A stretch of DNA of 64,000 nt, from contig JBBATJ010000005.1 of the NCBI GenBank assembly GCA_040398785.1, positions 83,717 to 147,716 of the forward strand, written 5' to 3'. A model generated the notes under the pieces. The model saw only the letters and a program-made list of their open reading frames with translations. It was not told the DNA's origin and made no database searches. Shown here in pieces: positions 20,809 through 31,589 of the stretch. Made by a program: the position numbers and the translations under genes. Each line of letters begins with the position of its first letter. Position 1 is the stretch's first letter. The DNA is from Cypionkella sp. (GTDB taxonomy: Bacteria; Pseudomonadota; Alphaproteobacteria; Rhodobacterales; Rhodobacteraceae).

Positions 20809-21252
20809 ATGCCCATTTGCAACAAAATCCTGCGGGCAGGTCATGGGCGCGTCTGCACAGATCAAGTGATCTTGGATTATGACGGGCGGATGCTGCGGCG
20901 CAAACGCTTGGAAACATCGGGCGGCGCGGGGTTTATGGTGGACCTTGCGGAAACGATATCCCTGAATGAAGGCGATGCGTTTGAACTGATCGACGGACGG
21001 GTGATTGCCGTTGTGGCGGCCGATGAATTGGTGGCGGTGATCACAGGCAATCTGCCGCGTTTGGCATGGCATATCGGCAATCGCCATACGCCCTGCGAGG
21101 TGACGGCGACTCATCTGGTGATTCGCCGTGATCCTGTTTTGGAACAAATGGTGGCGGGATTGGGCGGCACAGTGACGACCGCGATTGCGCCGTTCCGACC
21201 CGAAGGCGGGGCCTATGGCTTTGGTAGAACGATGGGGCATTCCCATGCTTGA
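20809..21252 (+). CDS. ureE: Urease accessory protein UreE
   Basis: RMLRRKRL, LAWHIGNRHTP and FRPEGGAYG; ends GHSHA. Confidence 0.95.
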   Translation: MPICNKILRAGHGRVCTDQVILDYDGRMLRRKRLETSGGAGFMVDLAETISLNEGDAFELIDGRVIAVVAADELVAVITGNLPRLAWHIGNRHTPCEVTATHLVIRRDPVLEQMVAGLGGTVTTAIAPFRPEGGAYGFGRTMGHSHA

Positions 21253-21862
21253 CGCCGATCATCTGCGGCTGGTGCAAATCCTATCGCCCGCCTTTCCCAT
21301 TGGCAGTTTCGCCTATTCCCAAGGGTTGGAAACTGCGATCAATGATGGGTTGATCTGGGATGCGGGCAGTCTGAAAAACTGGATTTCCGCCATGTTAGAG
21401 CATGGATCAGGCCGATCTGACGCCATTCTGTTGGCCCATGCACGGGGCGGCGATATTGACTATCTGTCCGACCTTGCGCTGTCCCTTTCGCCGAGTTTAG
21501 AGCGCAGTTTGGAAACCCTTGAACAAGGCCGTGCCTTTGGGGCGCTGACGGGTTTGACGAAAACCTATCCCCTGCCCGTGGCCGTGGGTCTGGCCACGCG
21601 CGATTTGGCTGTGGACACGCAGACGGTCCTGACGCTGTGGCTGCAAGGGTTGGCGGGGCAGTTGGTTTCCGTGGGTGTGCGGTTTATCCCCTTGGGCCAA
21701 ACTGCAGGGCAAGAGGTTCTGGCACTGCTTGGGGCACCAATACTGCAGGTCGCAACCGAGGCGGCGACTGTGCCGCTGACAGCGATCCATTCCACCGCGT
21801 TGGGTGCTGATTTGGCGACGATGCAGCACGAAGTCCAAGACATAAGGATATATCGCACATGA
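21245..21862 (+). CDS. ureF: Urease accessory protein UreF
   Basis: [27 protein letters not shown] and [11 protein letters not shown]. Start at ATG 21245. Confidence 0.95.
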   Translation: MLDADHLRLVQILSPAFPIGSFAYSQGLETAINDGLIWDAGSLKNWISAMLEHGSGRSDAILLAHARGGDIDYLSDLALSLSPSLERSLETLEQGRAFGALTGLTKTYPLPVAVGLATRDLAVDTQTVLTLWLQGLAGQLVSVGVRFIPLGQTAGQEVLALLGAPILQVATEAATVPLTAIHSTALGADLATMQHEVQDIRIYRT

Positions 21863-22470
21863 ACGGACCCCTGCGCGTTGGTATCGGTGGCCCTGTCGGC
21901 GCGGGCAAAACCACGCTGACGGAAAAACTTTGCGCCGCTTTGGCCCACCGCTGTTCTATGGCGGTGATTACAAATGATATTTATACCCGCGAAGATGCCG
22001 ATTACCTGACCCGCGCCCAAGTGATCCCCGCCGCGCGGATCAGGGGCGTGGAAACCGGCGGTTGCCCCCATACAGCAATTCGCGAAGATGCCAGCATCAA
22101 TCTGGCCGCCGTAGCCGATCTGCGCGCCAACTTCCCAGATCTGGATTTGATCCTAATCGAATCGGGCGGCGACAATCTGGCCGCGACATTTTCCCCAGAA
22201 TTGGCCGACGTGTCGATCTATGTGATTGATACCGCCGCAGGCCAAGACATTCCCCGCAAAAAGGGGCCAGGGGTGACACGCAGCGATTTGTTGGTGGTCA
22301 ACAAAACCGATCTTGCGCCCTATGTGGGCGTCGATTTGGCAATGTTAGAGACGGATACCAAAACAGCACGCGGCACCAGACCCTATGTCATGGCGCGTCT
22401 GCGGGCCAATCATGGGGTGGATGCCGTGGTGGATTTTCTGATCCACCACGGCGGCCTAACGCTCCGTTAG
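21859..22470 (+). CDS. ureG: Urease accessory GTPase UreG
   Basis: [23 protein letters not shown] and NKTD. Confidence 0.98.
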   Translation: MNGPLRVGIGGPVGAGKTTLTEKLCAALAHRCSMAVITNDIYTREDADYLTRAQVIPAARIRGVETGGCPHTAIREDASINLAAVADLRANFPDLDLILIESGGDNLAATFSPELADVSIYVIDTAAGQDIPRKKGPGVTRSDLLVVNKTDLAPYVGVDLAMLETDTKTARGTRPYVMARLRANHGVDAVVDFLIHHGGLTLR

Positions 22471-23489
22471 CCCTTTTTCAAAACCCGATTGCCCAGCACT
22501 TCGGCGATTTGCACCGCGTTCAGCGCGGCACCTTTGCGCAGGTTATCCGACACGCACCACAGGTTGATGCCGTTATCAATCGTGCTGTCTTGGCGAATGC
22601 GGCTGATATAGGTCGCATAATCGCCCACGCATTCGATGGGGGTGATATAGCCGCCTGGTTCGCGCTTATCGATCACCATGATGCCAGGGGCCTCGCGCAG
22701 AATATCGCGGGCCTCATGCTCATCTAAGAATTCTTCGAATTCAATATTGATCGATTCCGAATGGCCAACGAACACAGGCACGCGCACGCAGGTCGCGGTG
22801 ACTTTGATTTTCGGGTCCAAAATCTTTTTCGTCTCGGCGACCATTTTCCATTCTTCTTTGGTCGATCCGTCATCCAAAAACACATCAATATGCGGAATGA
22901 CGTTGAACGCAATTTGCTTGGAAAACTTGCGCGGGGGGACGTTGTCGGTGGGGTTATAGATGGCTTTGGTTTGATCCCACAGCTCGTCTATACCTTCTTT
23001 GCCAGCGCCCGACACGGATTGATAGGTGGAGACAACCACCCGCTTGATCCGTGCGCGGTCATGCAGCGGTTTCAGCGCCACAACCATTTGCGCGGTGGAA
23101 CAATTCGGGTTCGCGATGATGTTTTTGTTCTTATAGCCCATGATCGCATCCGCGTTCACCTCTGGCACGATCAGCGGCACGGCGGGGTCATAGCGATATA
23201 AAGATGAGTTATCGATCACGATACAGCCCGCAGCGGCGGCCTTGGGCGCGTAAATCTTGGTGGCCTCTGACCCCACGGCGAACAGGGCAATATCCCAGCC
23301 CGTAAAGTCAAATGTGTCCAGATCCTTAGTCTTTAAGGTCTTATTCCCAAAGCTGATTTCAGTGCCCAAGGATTTTCGGCTGGCCAATGCGGCAATCTCA
23401 TCCACGGGAAACTCGCGCTCGGCGAGGATATTCAGCATTTCGCGGCCCACGTTACCCGTGGCACCCGCGACGACGACCTTATAGCCCAT
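22467..23489 (-). CDS. asd: Aspartate-semialdehyde dehydrogenase
   Basis: [32 protein letters not shown] and [10 protein letters not shown]. Confidence 0.98.
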   Translation of the reverse strand: MGYKVVVAGATGNVGREMLNILAEREFPVDEIAALASRKSLGTEISFGNKTLKTKDLDTFDFTGWDIALFAVGSEATKIYAPKAAAAGCIVIDNSSLYRYDPAVPLIVPEVNADAIMGYKNKNIIANPNCSTAQMVVALKPLHDRARIKRVVVSTYQSVSGAGKEGIDELWDQTKAIYNPTDNVPPRKFSKQIAFNVIPHIDVFLDDGSTKEEWKMVAETKKILDPKIKVTATCVRVPVFVGHSESINIEFEEFLDEHEARDILREAPGIMVIDKREPGGYITPIECVGDYATYISRIRQDSTIDNGINLWCVSDNLRKGAALNAVQIAEVLGNRVLKKG

Positions 23490-23573
23490 CGGGGTTCTCC
23501 TGTTAGGTCCCTGACCATCAGGGACGCCGCGACTTAGCCCAAGGCGCGGGCGGGCGAAAGGGGAATCGTCATA

Positions 23574-24809
23574 TCAGGCGGGTTTCGCGGCCCAAGGTGC
23601 TTCGCGGATGGGCAGATGGATCAGCGCGGAAAAGGCTCCAACCCCCACGCCAATCCACCAAACCATCGTATAACCGCCCGTCAGATCATACATTTTTCCG
23701 CCCAGCCAAACGCCCAGAAAGCTGCCGATTTGATGCGACAAAAACACAAACCCATACAGCGTGCCCATATAGCGCAGCCCGAAAATATGCGCGACCAGAC
23801 CGCTGGTCAGCGGCACTGTGGCCAGCCACAAAAACCCCATGACAAGCGAGAACAACAGAACCGTGGCGGGGGTCATCGGCGTTAGGATAAACAAGGCCGC
23901 CGTGATGGTCCGTGCGACATAGACGCCCGACAGCAAATATTTCTTGGAATATTTGCGGCCCAGCCAGCCCGCAAGGATACTGCCGCCGATATTCGCCAGA
24001 CCAATGACCGATATGGATATCGCCCCCAGTGCCGATGTGGTGGTAATCCCCATACCCGCCAGCATCCCCGCAGGATCAATCGGGCCACAACGTTCCGTCA
24101 CAAAGGCGGGAAAATGTGCGGTGATAAAGGCCAATTGATAGCCGCAGGAAAAGAACCCCAAAAAGATCATTACATAGGACGGGTCTTTGAAGGCGCGGAT
24201 CAGGACAGTGCCCATAGACTCTTCTAATTCGGCGCGGGTTGCGATTTTGGGACTGCGGATGAATGGCAGTGCAAACAACGCGCATAAAATCACAGCGGCA
24301 AAGATTAGGAAAACGGTTTGCCAAGGATAGTGCTGCAACAATAATTCGGCCACAGGCGCGCCGAACACTTGGCCCGCCGATCCTGCCGCCGTGGCGATGC
24401 CCAGAACCAAACTGCGGCTTTCGGGGGCGGCGGCGCGACCAACCACGGCCAAGATCACACCAAAGCCTGTGCCTGCAATCCCAAATCCGACCAAAATTTC
24501 CAGCAATTGATGTTGCGCGGGGGTGACGGCAAAACTGGACAGAACCAGCCCTGCCGCGTAAAATAGCGCGCCAGCGATGATCGCTTTACGGTCGCCAAAG
24601 CGTTCCGCAAGTGCCCCAAAAATCGGCTGTCCAATCCCCCAAGCCAAGTTTTGCACCGCAATCGCCAGCGAAAAATCCGCTCGCGCCCAGCCGAATTCAG
24701 CAGCAATCGGGATTTGGAACACGCCGAAACTGGCACGAATGGAAAAGCCCAGCATCAAAATGATGCAGCCAGCGATGAGGACGGGGGTGAATATCTTGGA
24801 TTGGGTCAT
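23574..24809 (-). CDS. MFS transporter
   Basis: About 12 hydrophobic helices; GALAERFGDR motif A. Start at MTQSK (24809). Confidence 0.88.
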   Translation of the reverse strand: MTQSKIFTPVLIAGCIILMLGFSIRASFGVFQIPIAAEFGWARADFSLAIAVQNLAWGIGQPIFGALAERFGDRKAIIAGALFYAAGLVLSSFAVTPAQHQLLEILVGFGIAGTGFGVILAVVGRAAAPESRSLVLGIATAAGSAGQVFGAPVAELLLQHYPWQTVFLIFAAVILCALFALPFIRSPKIATRAELEESMGTVLIRAFKDPSYVMIFLGFFSCGYQLAFITAHFPAFVTERCGPIDPAGMLAGMGITTTSALGAISISVIGLANIGGSILAGWLGRKYSKKYLLSGVYVARTITAALFILTPMTPATVLLFSLVMGFLWLATVPLTSGLVAHIFGLRYMGTLYGFVFLSHQIGSFLGVWLGGKMYDLTGGYTMVWWIGVGVGAFSALIHLPIREAPWAAKPA

Positions 24810-24915
24810 AACGTCTTGCTGATCTATATTAATCGCAATGTCCAATCCGTTTTCGCCGCCCCTTGCCTTTGTCGCGACTTTGCCCGACGATTCGTTATAT
24901 TTCGGGGGGGATAAA

Positions 24916-26484
24916 ATGACAGAATGGTGGCGCGGCTCAGTAACCTATCAAGTTTACCCAAGGTCTTTTCAGGACGACAGCGGTGATGGCGTGGGGGATC
25001 TGGCGGGGATCACGCGGCGCTTGGATCATCTGGCCTATCTGGGGGTGGATTGCGTTTGGCTGTCGCCCGTGTTCACCTCGCCCATGTTGGACATGGGATA
25101 TGATGTATCCAATTACACCGATATAGACCCTGTTTTTGGCACTTTGGCCGATTTTGATGCACTGGTCGCACGGGCGCACGCGCTGGGTCTAAAGGTGATT
25201 ATTGACCAAGTGCTGTCGCATTGTTCGGATCAACATCCTTACTTTAAGGAAAGCCGTTCCAGCCGTGACAACCCAAAATCCGATTGGTTCGTTTGGGCGG
25301 ACCCTAGGCCCGATGGCACCCCGCCCAGCAATTGGATTTCGGTTTTTGGGGGGTCATGCTGGCAATGGGATGCGCGGCGCAAACAGTATTATTTGCACAA
25401 CTTTTTGCCGCAACAGCCCGATTGGAATTTCCATAACCCCGCCGTGCAGGATTGGATGATCGAAAATATGCGGTTCTGGTTGGATCGTGGGGTGGATGGG
25501 TTCCGCTTTGATACGGTGAATTACTTTTTCCACGACCGCCAGTTCCGCGACAATGCCGCCGATTATCGGGTGAAAACATCGCCCGAGGCCAATCCCTATG
25601 CCATGCAATACCACCTGTTTTCCAAAAACCAGCCCGAGAACCTGCCGTGGATTGAACGCATTCGGGCCTTGTTAGACACTTATGCAGATCGTGCATCCGT
25701 AGGCGAAATGGGCGAGGCGCATCACGCCATCCGCATGATGGGCGAATACACCGCCCCTGGTCGTTTGCATCAATGTTACAGCTTTGAACTGATGGGCTAT
25801 GATTTTACCGCCGCGTTTTTCCGCGATAAACTGTCCGAGTTTTATACAGGCGCGCCGAACGGCTGGCCGATGTGGGCATTCTCGAACCATGATGTCGTGC
25901 GCCATGTCAGCCGTTGGGCGAAACATGGGGCATCGCAGGACGCGCTGGCGAAACTGTCCGCCGCGATGCTGTTGTCATTCGAGGGGTCGATTTGCCTGTG
26001 GCAGGGCGAAGAGTTGGGCCAGACCGATACCGTCTTGGGTTTTGAAGAATTAACCGACCCCCAAGGCATCAATTTCTGGCCTGAACCGATTGGCCGCGAC
26101 AACACCCGCACGCCAATGGTTTGGGATGACAGCGCGAACGCGGGGTTTTCTGCCGTGAAACCTTGGTTGCCTGTGAAACCGCCGCAACAGGCGCGCAATG
26201 TCGCGGGGCAAAAGGGCGTTGCGGGGTCTGTTCTGGAGTTCTATCGCCAGATGCTGGCCTTTCGCCGTGCCACGCCTGAATTGATCACAGGCAAGACGCG
26301 TTTTCTGGATCTGCCCGAACCGGCCCTTGGGTTTATGCGGGGGAACTTGGCCTGTTATTTCAACCTATCCGCCAAAAGCGTCACTGTTGCTGCAGGAAAC
26401 ACCCTGATCGGCCCCAGCACCAATGCGACATTGATGGGCAATAGCCTGACCTTGGGGCCGAATGGGTTTGCCTTTATAGTTTGA
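24916..26484 (+). CDS. GH13 alpha-glucosidase (AglA-like)
   Basis: WWRGSVTYQVYPRSF, DMGYDVSNY, GFRFDTVN (nucleophile), VGEM (acid/base) and SNHD. Confidence 0.92.
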   Translation: MTEWWRGSVTYQVYPRSFQDDSGDGVGDLAGITRRLDHLAYLGVDCVWLSPVFTSPMLDMGYDVSNYTDIDPVFGTLADFDALVARAHALGLKVIIDQVLSHCSDQHPYFKESRSSRDNPKSDWFVWADPRPDGTPPSNWISVFGGSCWQWDARRKQYYLHNFLPQQPDWNFHNPAVQDWMIENMRFWLDRGVDGFRFDTVNYFFHDRQFRDNAADYRVKTSPEANPYAMQYHLFSKNQPENLPWIERIRALLDTYADRASVGEMGEAHHAIRMMGEYTAPGRLHQCYSFELMGYDFTAAFFRDKLSEFYTGAPNGWPMWAFSNHDVVRHVSRWAKHGASQDALAKLSAAMLLSFEGSICLWQGEELGQTDTVLGFEELTDPQGINFWPEPIGRDNTRTPMVWDDSANAGFSAVKPWLPVKPPQQARNVAGQKGVAGSVLEFYRQMLAFRRATPELITGKTRFLDLPEPALGFMRGNLACYFNLSAKSVTVAAGNTLIGPSTNATLMGNSLTLGPNGFAFIV

Positions 26485-27322
26485 TCTGATGTTCGGCCTG
26501 CCCTTTGGACACATTGGGCAGGGCGAATACTTTGCCCGCGTCGAGGAACGCCGCGCGGGCCTGCGCGTCCATATCCTGCAGCGCGGTCGTGCAAAACAGC
26601 GTCGTCAAATCCGCGCCACCAAAGGCGGGACAGGACGAATGCGGCCCGCCCACATCGACCGCCCGCACGAAACTGCCATCGGGCGCATAGGCCGCAACCC
26701 GCCCCGCGCCCCATTGTGCCACCCAAAACAGACCGCTGGCGTCCAGCACCGCGCCATCGGGGTTCAGACCGTCTTTGGTAAGGTCGAGAAAGACCTGCGG
26801 TTGACCCATTGGCCAACCTTGGGAGTCTAGCGCAACCTTATATACCTGCCCAAGGGCGGTATCTGAAAAATGCGCGAATGTGCCATCGGCGGAAAAACAG
26901 ATTGAATTGCTGATGGTGATCTTGTCAAAAATCTTGCGAACCTCGCCTTGATAGAGCCGATAGATCGACCCCGCCTGAAACTGCGCCGATTTGCCCATCG
27001 TGCCGATCCAAAACCCGCCTTTGGGATCCGCGCGTCCATCGTTCGACCGCGTCACAGGATTATCCGCGTCCAAGGCGGCGATATCCGTCTGCCCGCCTGT
27101 GTTCAAATCCAGCCGCAATAACCGCCGCTCGGTCGCGATTAACAGCGTGTCACGGTCCAGCCAGCCCGCAGCCGAAGCCATTTCATCAAACACATATTCC
27201 CGCGCCCCATTGTCTTGGGTCAGCAATTTGCGGTTCAAAATGTCGAACCAGAAAAACTGCCCCCGTGTGGGATGCCAAAACGCGCCTTCGCCCAGATCAC
27301 AGGGCCGATTATCGAAAATCAT
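26474..27322 (-). CDS. SMP-30/gluconolactonase family sugar lactonase
   Basis: [31 protein letters not shown] and SCPAFGG. Confidence 0.92.
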   Translation of the reverse strand: MIFDNRPCDLGEGAFWHPTRGQFFWFDILNRKLLTQDNGAREYVFDEMASAAGWLDRDTLLIATERRLLRLDLNTGGQTDIAALDADNPVTRSNDGRADPKGGFWIGTMGKSAQFQAGSIYRLYQGEVRKIFDKITISNSICFSADGTFAHFSDTALGQVYKVALDSQGWPMGQPQVFLDLTKDGLNPDGAVLDASGLFWVAQWGAGRVAAYAPDGSFVRAVDVGGPHSSCPAFGGADLTTLFCTTALQDMDAQARAAFLDAGKVFALPNVSKGQAEHQIKL

Positions 27323-27924
27323 CTGATGGCCTCATCATAGGCTGCCACAATCTCACGGGCGCGGGTCGCCACCTGTTCGGCGGTCAGGCCTGGCGTGTAA
27401 ATCGCCGTGCCCATGCCAAACCCATCCGCCCCCGCCGCAATCCATTGCGCGAAATTCGACGCGCCCGCACCGCCAACAGCAAAGACCTGCGTGCCCTTTG
27501 GCAGAACGGCGCGAATCGCCTTGATCCCTTCGGGACCGACCAGATTTGCAGGGAATATTTTCAGCCCATCTGCCCCCGCCGCCAGCGCCGCGAAACATTC
27601 CGTGGGCGTCATCACGCCAGGCCAACTTTGCAGACCTGCCGATTTCGTGGCGCGGATGACATCAGGATTACAATTGGGCGAGACGATCAGTTTACCGCCC
27701 ACAGCCGCCACTGCATTCACATCCGCCACAGATAAAACAGTGCCCGCCCCGATCAAGGCGCGATCCCCCAGCGCCTGCACCATCAATCCAATCGAGTCCA
27801 AAGGATTGGGCGAGTTCAGCGGCACTTCGATCTGGGTGATGCCAGCCAAAATCAGCGCCTCCGATACGGAAACCGCGTCCTTTGGGGTGATGCCGCGCAA
27901 AATGGCGATCAGGGGGCGTGTCAT
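27319..27924 (-). CDS. dgoA: 2-dehydro-3-deoxy-6-phosphogalactonate aldolase
   Basis: [26 protein letters not shown] and LKIFP. Confidence 0.92.
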   Translation of the reverse strand: MTRPLIAILRGITPKDAVSVSEALILAGITQIEVPLNSPNPLDSIGLMVQALGDRALIGAGTVLSVADVNAVAAVGGKLIVSPNCNPDVIRATKSAGLQSWPGVMTPTECFAALAAGADGLKIFPANLVGPEGIKAIRAVLPKGTQVFAVGGAGASNFAQWIAAGADGFGMGTAIYTPGLTAEQVATRAREIVAAYDEAIR

Positions 27925-28796
27925 GCAGTCTCCTTTGCTGCGGTCAGACCCGCAATCGAACAGGCGGTGTCATCCAAAATCTGGGCCGTCACACCCTGTG
28001 CTTGCAAGGCGCGGGCATAGTTGGCCGACAGATTCGGCGCGCCAACCAAGCGCACGGCTTGGCCCAACCAATAGGGTTTTGCCGCCGCCAGTTCCGCCCC
28101 AATCAACAGACCCGACAGGCGAGAATAGGCACTGTCTGCGCCCAATGCGTTCAACAACCCTTCGGCGCGCAAAGAAAACAAGCGCGCCATGATCTTTTCA
28201 GGGCGGGCGATCCCCTCGGCCACGCCATCGTCAAAGGCAGCTAAATCCATTTTTCCATCGACCATCCCATGACGCAAAACCGATTGTTTGGACAGCAGCG
28301 CAAACATCTCACCCGTCATAAAGGTTTGGAAACTAACCACTTCGCCCGCCGAAATATGCGCCCATTTCGAATGGGTGCCGGGCAGGCAGATCACGCCGTC
28401 AAAATGCGGGTTCAGCGCAATCACGCCCGCAATCTGCGTTTCCTCGCCGCGCATGACATCGGCGGGTTTGGCCTGCGACAATCCAGGCACAATATGCACC
28501 GAAATGCGCGCGTCTTGGGTTGCTACGGCCATCAACCCGCCCGTGGGCAGGCATGGCACGGCCCGATAGGGGGCCTCGCGCCAACCTTGTCGCGCGCCGA
28601 CCATGCCGCAAGCGATCACAGGAATGGGCCGATCGGTCAACCAAGGATCGATCAGCCGCAACAGCGCGCCTTCAAACTGATCTGGTGCCAGCGTGCCCAT
28701 GCCGTCGGGCGACGCGGCGTGATCCTGCACGCCATCCGACGCCATCAACCACGCGCGCAGGTTCGACGTGCCCCAATCGACTGCAATCCAGTTCAT
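27921..28796 (-). CDS. dgoK: 2-dehydro-3-deoxygalactonokinase
   Basis: [28 protein letters not shown] and PGTHSKW. Confidence 0.94.
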   Translation of the reverse strand: MNWIAVDWGTSNLRAWLMASDGVQDHAASPDGMGTLAPDQFEGALLRLIDPWLTDRPIPVIACGMVGARQGWREAPYRAVPCLPTGGLMAVATQDARISVHIVPGLSQAKPADVMRGEETQIAGVIALNPHFDGVICLPGTHSKWAHISAGEVVSFQTFMTGEMFALLSKQSVLRHGMVDGKMDLAAFDDGVAEGIARPEKIMARLFSLRAEGLLNALGADSAYSRLSGLLIGAELAAAKPYWLGQAVRLVGAPNLSANYARALQAQGVTAQILDDTACSIAGLTAAKETA

Positions 28797-29557
28797 CCCG
28801 TCACCACCACGCCGCCATCAATCACCATCGCCTGTCCTGTCATCATTTTCGACGACTGTGACGCCAAAAACAAAACGCCGCCCGTGATATCTTCGGGGGC
28901 CAAGGTGTCTTTCAGGCATTGGCGGTCCAGATGTGCGGCCAAGCCTTCGGGCGTGACCCACAGATCGCGCTGCTTTTGCGTCAAAACCCAACCAGGGGCC
29001 AGCGCGTTGACACGAATGCGGTCAGGCCCAAATTCCCGCGCCAAGGTCCGCGTCAGCCCGTTGATCCCCGAATTCGCCGCGATGTAAATCGCATAGCCTA
29101 CGGTCGCCATCATATAGCTGATCGACGAAAAATTGATGATCGACCCGCCGCCAGCCGCCTTCATTCCGGGAATGACCGCTTGGGCGGCAAAGAAATAGGC
29201 CTTGAGGTTGATCGCAATCGACCAATCCCAAAAGGCGCTGTCCACGGTCAAGGTATCATGGCGTTTGTCATTGGCGGCGTTGTTGACCAATACCGTGATC
29301 GGCCCATGGGCAGCAGCGGCCTGATCAATCGCGGATTTCAACGCGTTCATATCGGTGATGTCGCAGGGCAAAAACAGCGGTGTTAGACCCGTTTTTTCCC
29401 TCATCTCGACGCAAAAGTCGCGCGCGTCACTGCGTTGGCAAAAGGCGACCTTGGCCCCTTGACGCAAAAAGGATTCGGTGATTGCGGCCCCAATACCCGA
29501 CCCGCCCCCTGTGATAAATACGGATGCGCCCCGCAAATCTGGATAAATTGCTGTCAT
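28793..29557 (-). CDS. SDR-family sugar dehydrogenase (similar to Caulobacter XylB type) with YxxxN active site
   Basis: AIYPDL...TGGGSGIG, NNAANDKRH and SSIS; YIAAN in place of YxxxK. Confidence 0.85.
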   Translation of the reverse strand: MTAIYPDLRGASVFITGGGSGIGAAITESFLRQGAKVAFCQRSDARDFCVEMREKTGLTPLFLPCDITDMNALKSAIDQAAAAHGPITVLVNNAANDKRHDTLTVDSAFWDWSIAINLKAYFFAAQAVIPGMKAAGGGSIINFSSISYMMATVGYAIYIAANSGINGLTRTLAREFGPDRIRVNALAPGWVLTQKQRDLWVTPEGLAAHLDRQCLKDTLAPEDITGGVLFLASQSSKMMTGQAMVIDGGVVVTG

Positions 29558-29575
29558 GTTTCCCCCCAATTGCAG

Positions 29576-30694
29576 TTAAACCAAGTGATTGTCTTGGGGC
29601 AAGTCGGATAAAATATCCGCGCAGGTGCCTGTCAGATGCCAATCTTCGTCAAGCAAAATGATATCGCGGGCCTGCCGACCCGTGATCTTCGCCAATGACG
29701 GGCGGTGGATCACCTGTGATGGAATCGTCACGGCCATGCGTAAGGCACGCGATGGATCAACGCGACATTCGCAAATCATCCGCCGCATTGCCTGCCCCAT
29801 CGTCAAATGCGCCCCTGCCAAGACCCCGTCACTGTTAATCAAGCGCCCGTCTTTCAAGGCAATCTTGCGCCCATACAGATGAAAAGAATCCGGCCCGCCG
29901 ACGGTTGCCATCGCGTCCGAGATCAGAAAAATCCGATCAGGGCAGGCGCGCAGGGCAAGGCGGATCATATCATCCGACACATGATGCCCGTCACAGATCA
30001 GCCCCAAATAGGCGTCCGACAGGATCGCAGCCCCCGTCACCCCTGCCGCACGTCCCAACATTGGCGACATGGCGTTGTAAAGATGGGTAAAGCAATGCGC
30101 CCCTTCGTTCAGCAGCGGCCAAACCTGTTCCGCCGTTGCATCGGAATGACCGATTGCGACAACCGCGCCCATATCGACAAGGTGGCGAACCTGACCCGCT
30201 GTCACCGCTTCGGGTGCGAGGGTGATTTTTGCAACGCGGCCCGCCGCTGTCAGGCGGGCGATTTGGGTGATGGTCAAATCGTCCAAGGGTCTAATATGGC
30301 GTAAATCATGTGTTCCCGCCCGCGCGATATGCGGCCCCTCTAGATGCAGGCCCAAGATATCAGGATCGGCCAATATGGCATCGACAGCGCGCACCATCAT
30401 CGCAGATGTGTCGGAGATCAACGTGGGCAGCATCGCCACTGTGCCAAGGCGGCGATGTGCCGCGATGATCTGCGCCACATCTTGGGGCGCGTTATTCAAC
30501 AAAACCCCACCGCCGCCGTTGACCTGCAAATCGACAAAGCCCGCCGTCAAACATCCCCGCACACGGGTCGCAGTGGGCATATCCGTTGCAGTATGCACCG
30601 CAACCCCGTCTTGAAACCCGACGCACATACCCGACCGCAAATTTTGCCCGTCGAACACCTGATCGGGACAAATCCAGCGGATCATTTCGGCCAA
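29576..30694 (-). CDS. nagA: N-acetylhexosamine-6-phosphate deacetylase
   Basis: GFVDLQVNG, GLHLEGP, THLYNAMS, DGHHV and SDAM. Confidence 0.85.
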   Translation of the reverse strand: MAEMIRWICPDQVFDGQNLRSGMCVGFQDGVAVHTATDMPTATRVRGCLTAGFVDLQVNGGGGVLLNNAPQDVAQIIAAHRRLGTVAMLPTLISDTSAMMVRAVDAILADPDILGLHLEGPHIARAGTHDLRHIRPLDDLTITQIARLTAAGRVAKITLAPEAVTAGQVRHLVDMGAVVAIGHSDATAEQVWPLLNEGAHCFTHLYNAMSPMLGRAAGVTGAAILSDAYLGLICDGHHVSDDMIRLALRACPDRIFLISDAMATVGGPDSFHLYGRKIALKDGRLINSDGVLAGAHLTMGQAMRRMICECRVDPSRALRMAVTIPSQVIHRPSLAKITGRQARDIILLDEDWHLTGTCADILSDLPQDNHLV

Positions 30695-31485
30695 CCATCG
30701 ATGGCGGCAATCGCCTCTTCTGCGGTTTCAACTATTCGAAACAGGTCCATATCCCGCAGCGCGATCACCCCAGCATCGGCCAAGGCTTGCCAGTTGATGA
30801 TCTTTTCCCACCAATCGCGGCCAAACAACAGAAATGGTATCGATTTCATGCGGCCCGTTTGGATCAGGGTCAGGGCTTCGAACATTTCATCAAGGGTGCC
30901 AAAGCCGCCAGGGAAAACGCAAATCGCCTTGGCTCGCATCAGAAAATGCATTTTGCGAATGGCGAAATAGTGGAAATTAAAGGACAGATCTGGCGTCACA
31001 TAGGGGTTCGGGGCCTGTTCATGCGGCAAAACGATGTTCAGCCCAATGGAATGACCCCCCGCCTCATAGGCGCCGCGATTTCCCGCCTCCATCACGCCAG
31101 GTCCGCCGCCTGTGCAAATGACATCCTCAAGGCCTTGGGTTGTCAAACTGCGTTCAGTAATGACCCGCGCAAAGCGGCGCGCCTGATCGTAATACGGCAC
31201 TAACTTGGCCATTTCTGGGGTTTTTGCGTCATGCGCATCGGCGGGAATTCGTGCCCCCCCAAACAAAACAATCGTCGATTTGATGCCCAGTTCATCCAAA
31301 ATCATCTGCGGCTTAAGTAATTCTAATTGCAGGCGCACGGGACGCAATTCTTCGCGCGTCATGAAATCGCGGTCGGCAAATGCCAAACGATAGGCGGGTG
31401 CGCGGGTTTGCGGGGTGTCGGGCAGGCTTTGGGCGGTTGCGATATCTTGGACAGAGTCGCGAAATTGGTGGGGGCGTTTTTTCAT
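30682..31485 (-). CDS. LOG-family (TIGR00730-like) nucleotide phosphoribohydrolase, long type
   Basis: TGGGPGVMEAGNRGA, FAIRKMHF and PGGFGTLDE. Confidence 0.9.
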   Translation of the reverse strand: MKKRPHQFRDSVQDIATAQSLPDTPQTRAPAYRLAFADRDFMTREELRPVRLQLELLKPQMILDELGIKSTIVLFGGARIPADAHDAKTPEMAKLVPYYDQARRFARVITERSLTTQGLEDVICTGGGPGVMEAGNRGAYEAGGHSIGLNIVLPHEQAPNPYVTPDLSFNFHYFAIRKMHFLMRAKAICVFPGGFGTLDEMFEALTLIQTGRMKSIPFLLFGRDWWEKIINWQALADAGVIALRDMDLFRIVETAEEAIAAIDGWPK

Positions 31486-31589
31486 TGGTGCTCTCAAATA
31501 GCGGCAAGATCAGCCTAGGCGTTTCGCGGCAAGATGAAAAGTCCGGCCTGTATCTGGCGATTTGGTCCCAAGACGCATAAGTTCATCCC

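Noticed and set aside
23507-23525. Perfect hairpin GTCCCTGA-CCA-TCAGGGAC upstream of asd
   Set aside because: No U tract and no resemblance to a lysine riboswitch; likely an ordinary 5' stability hairpin.
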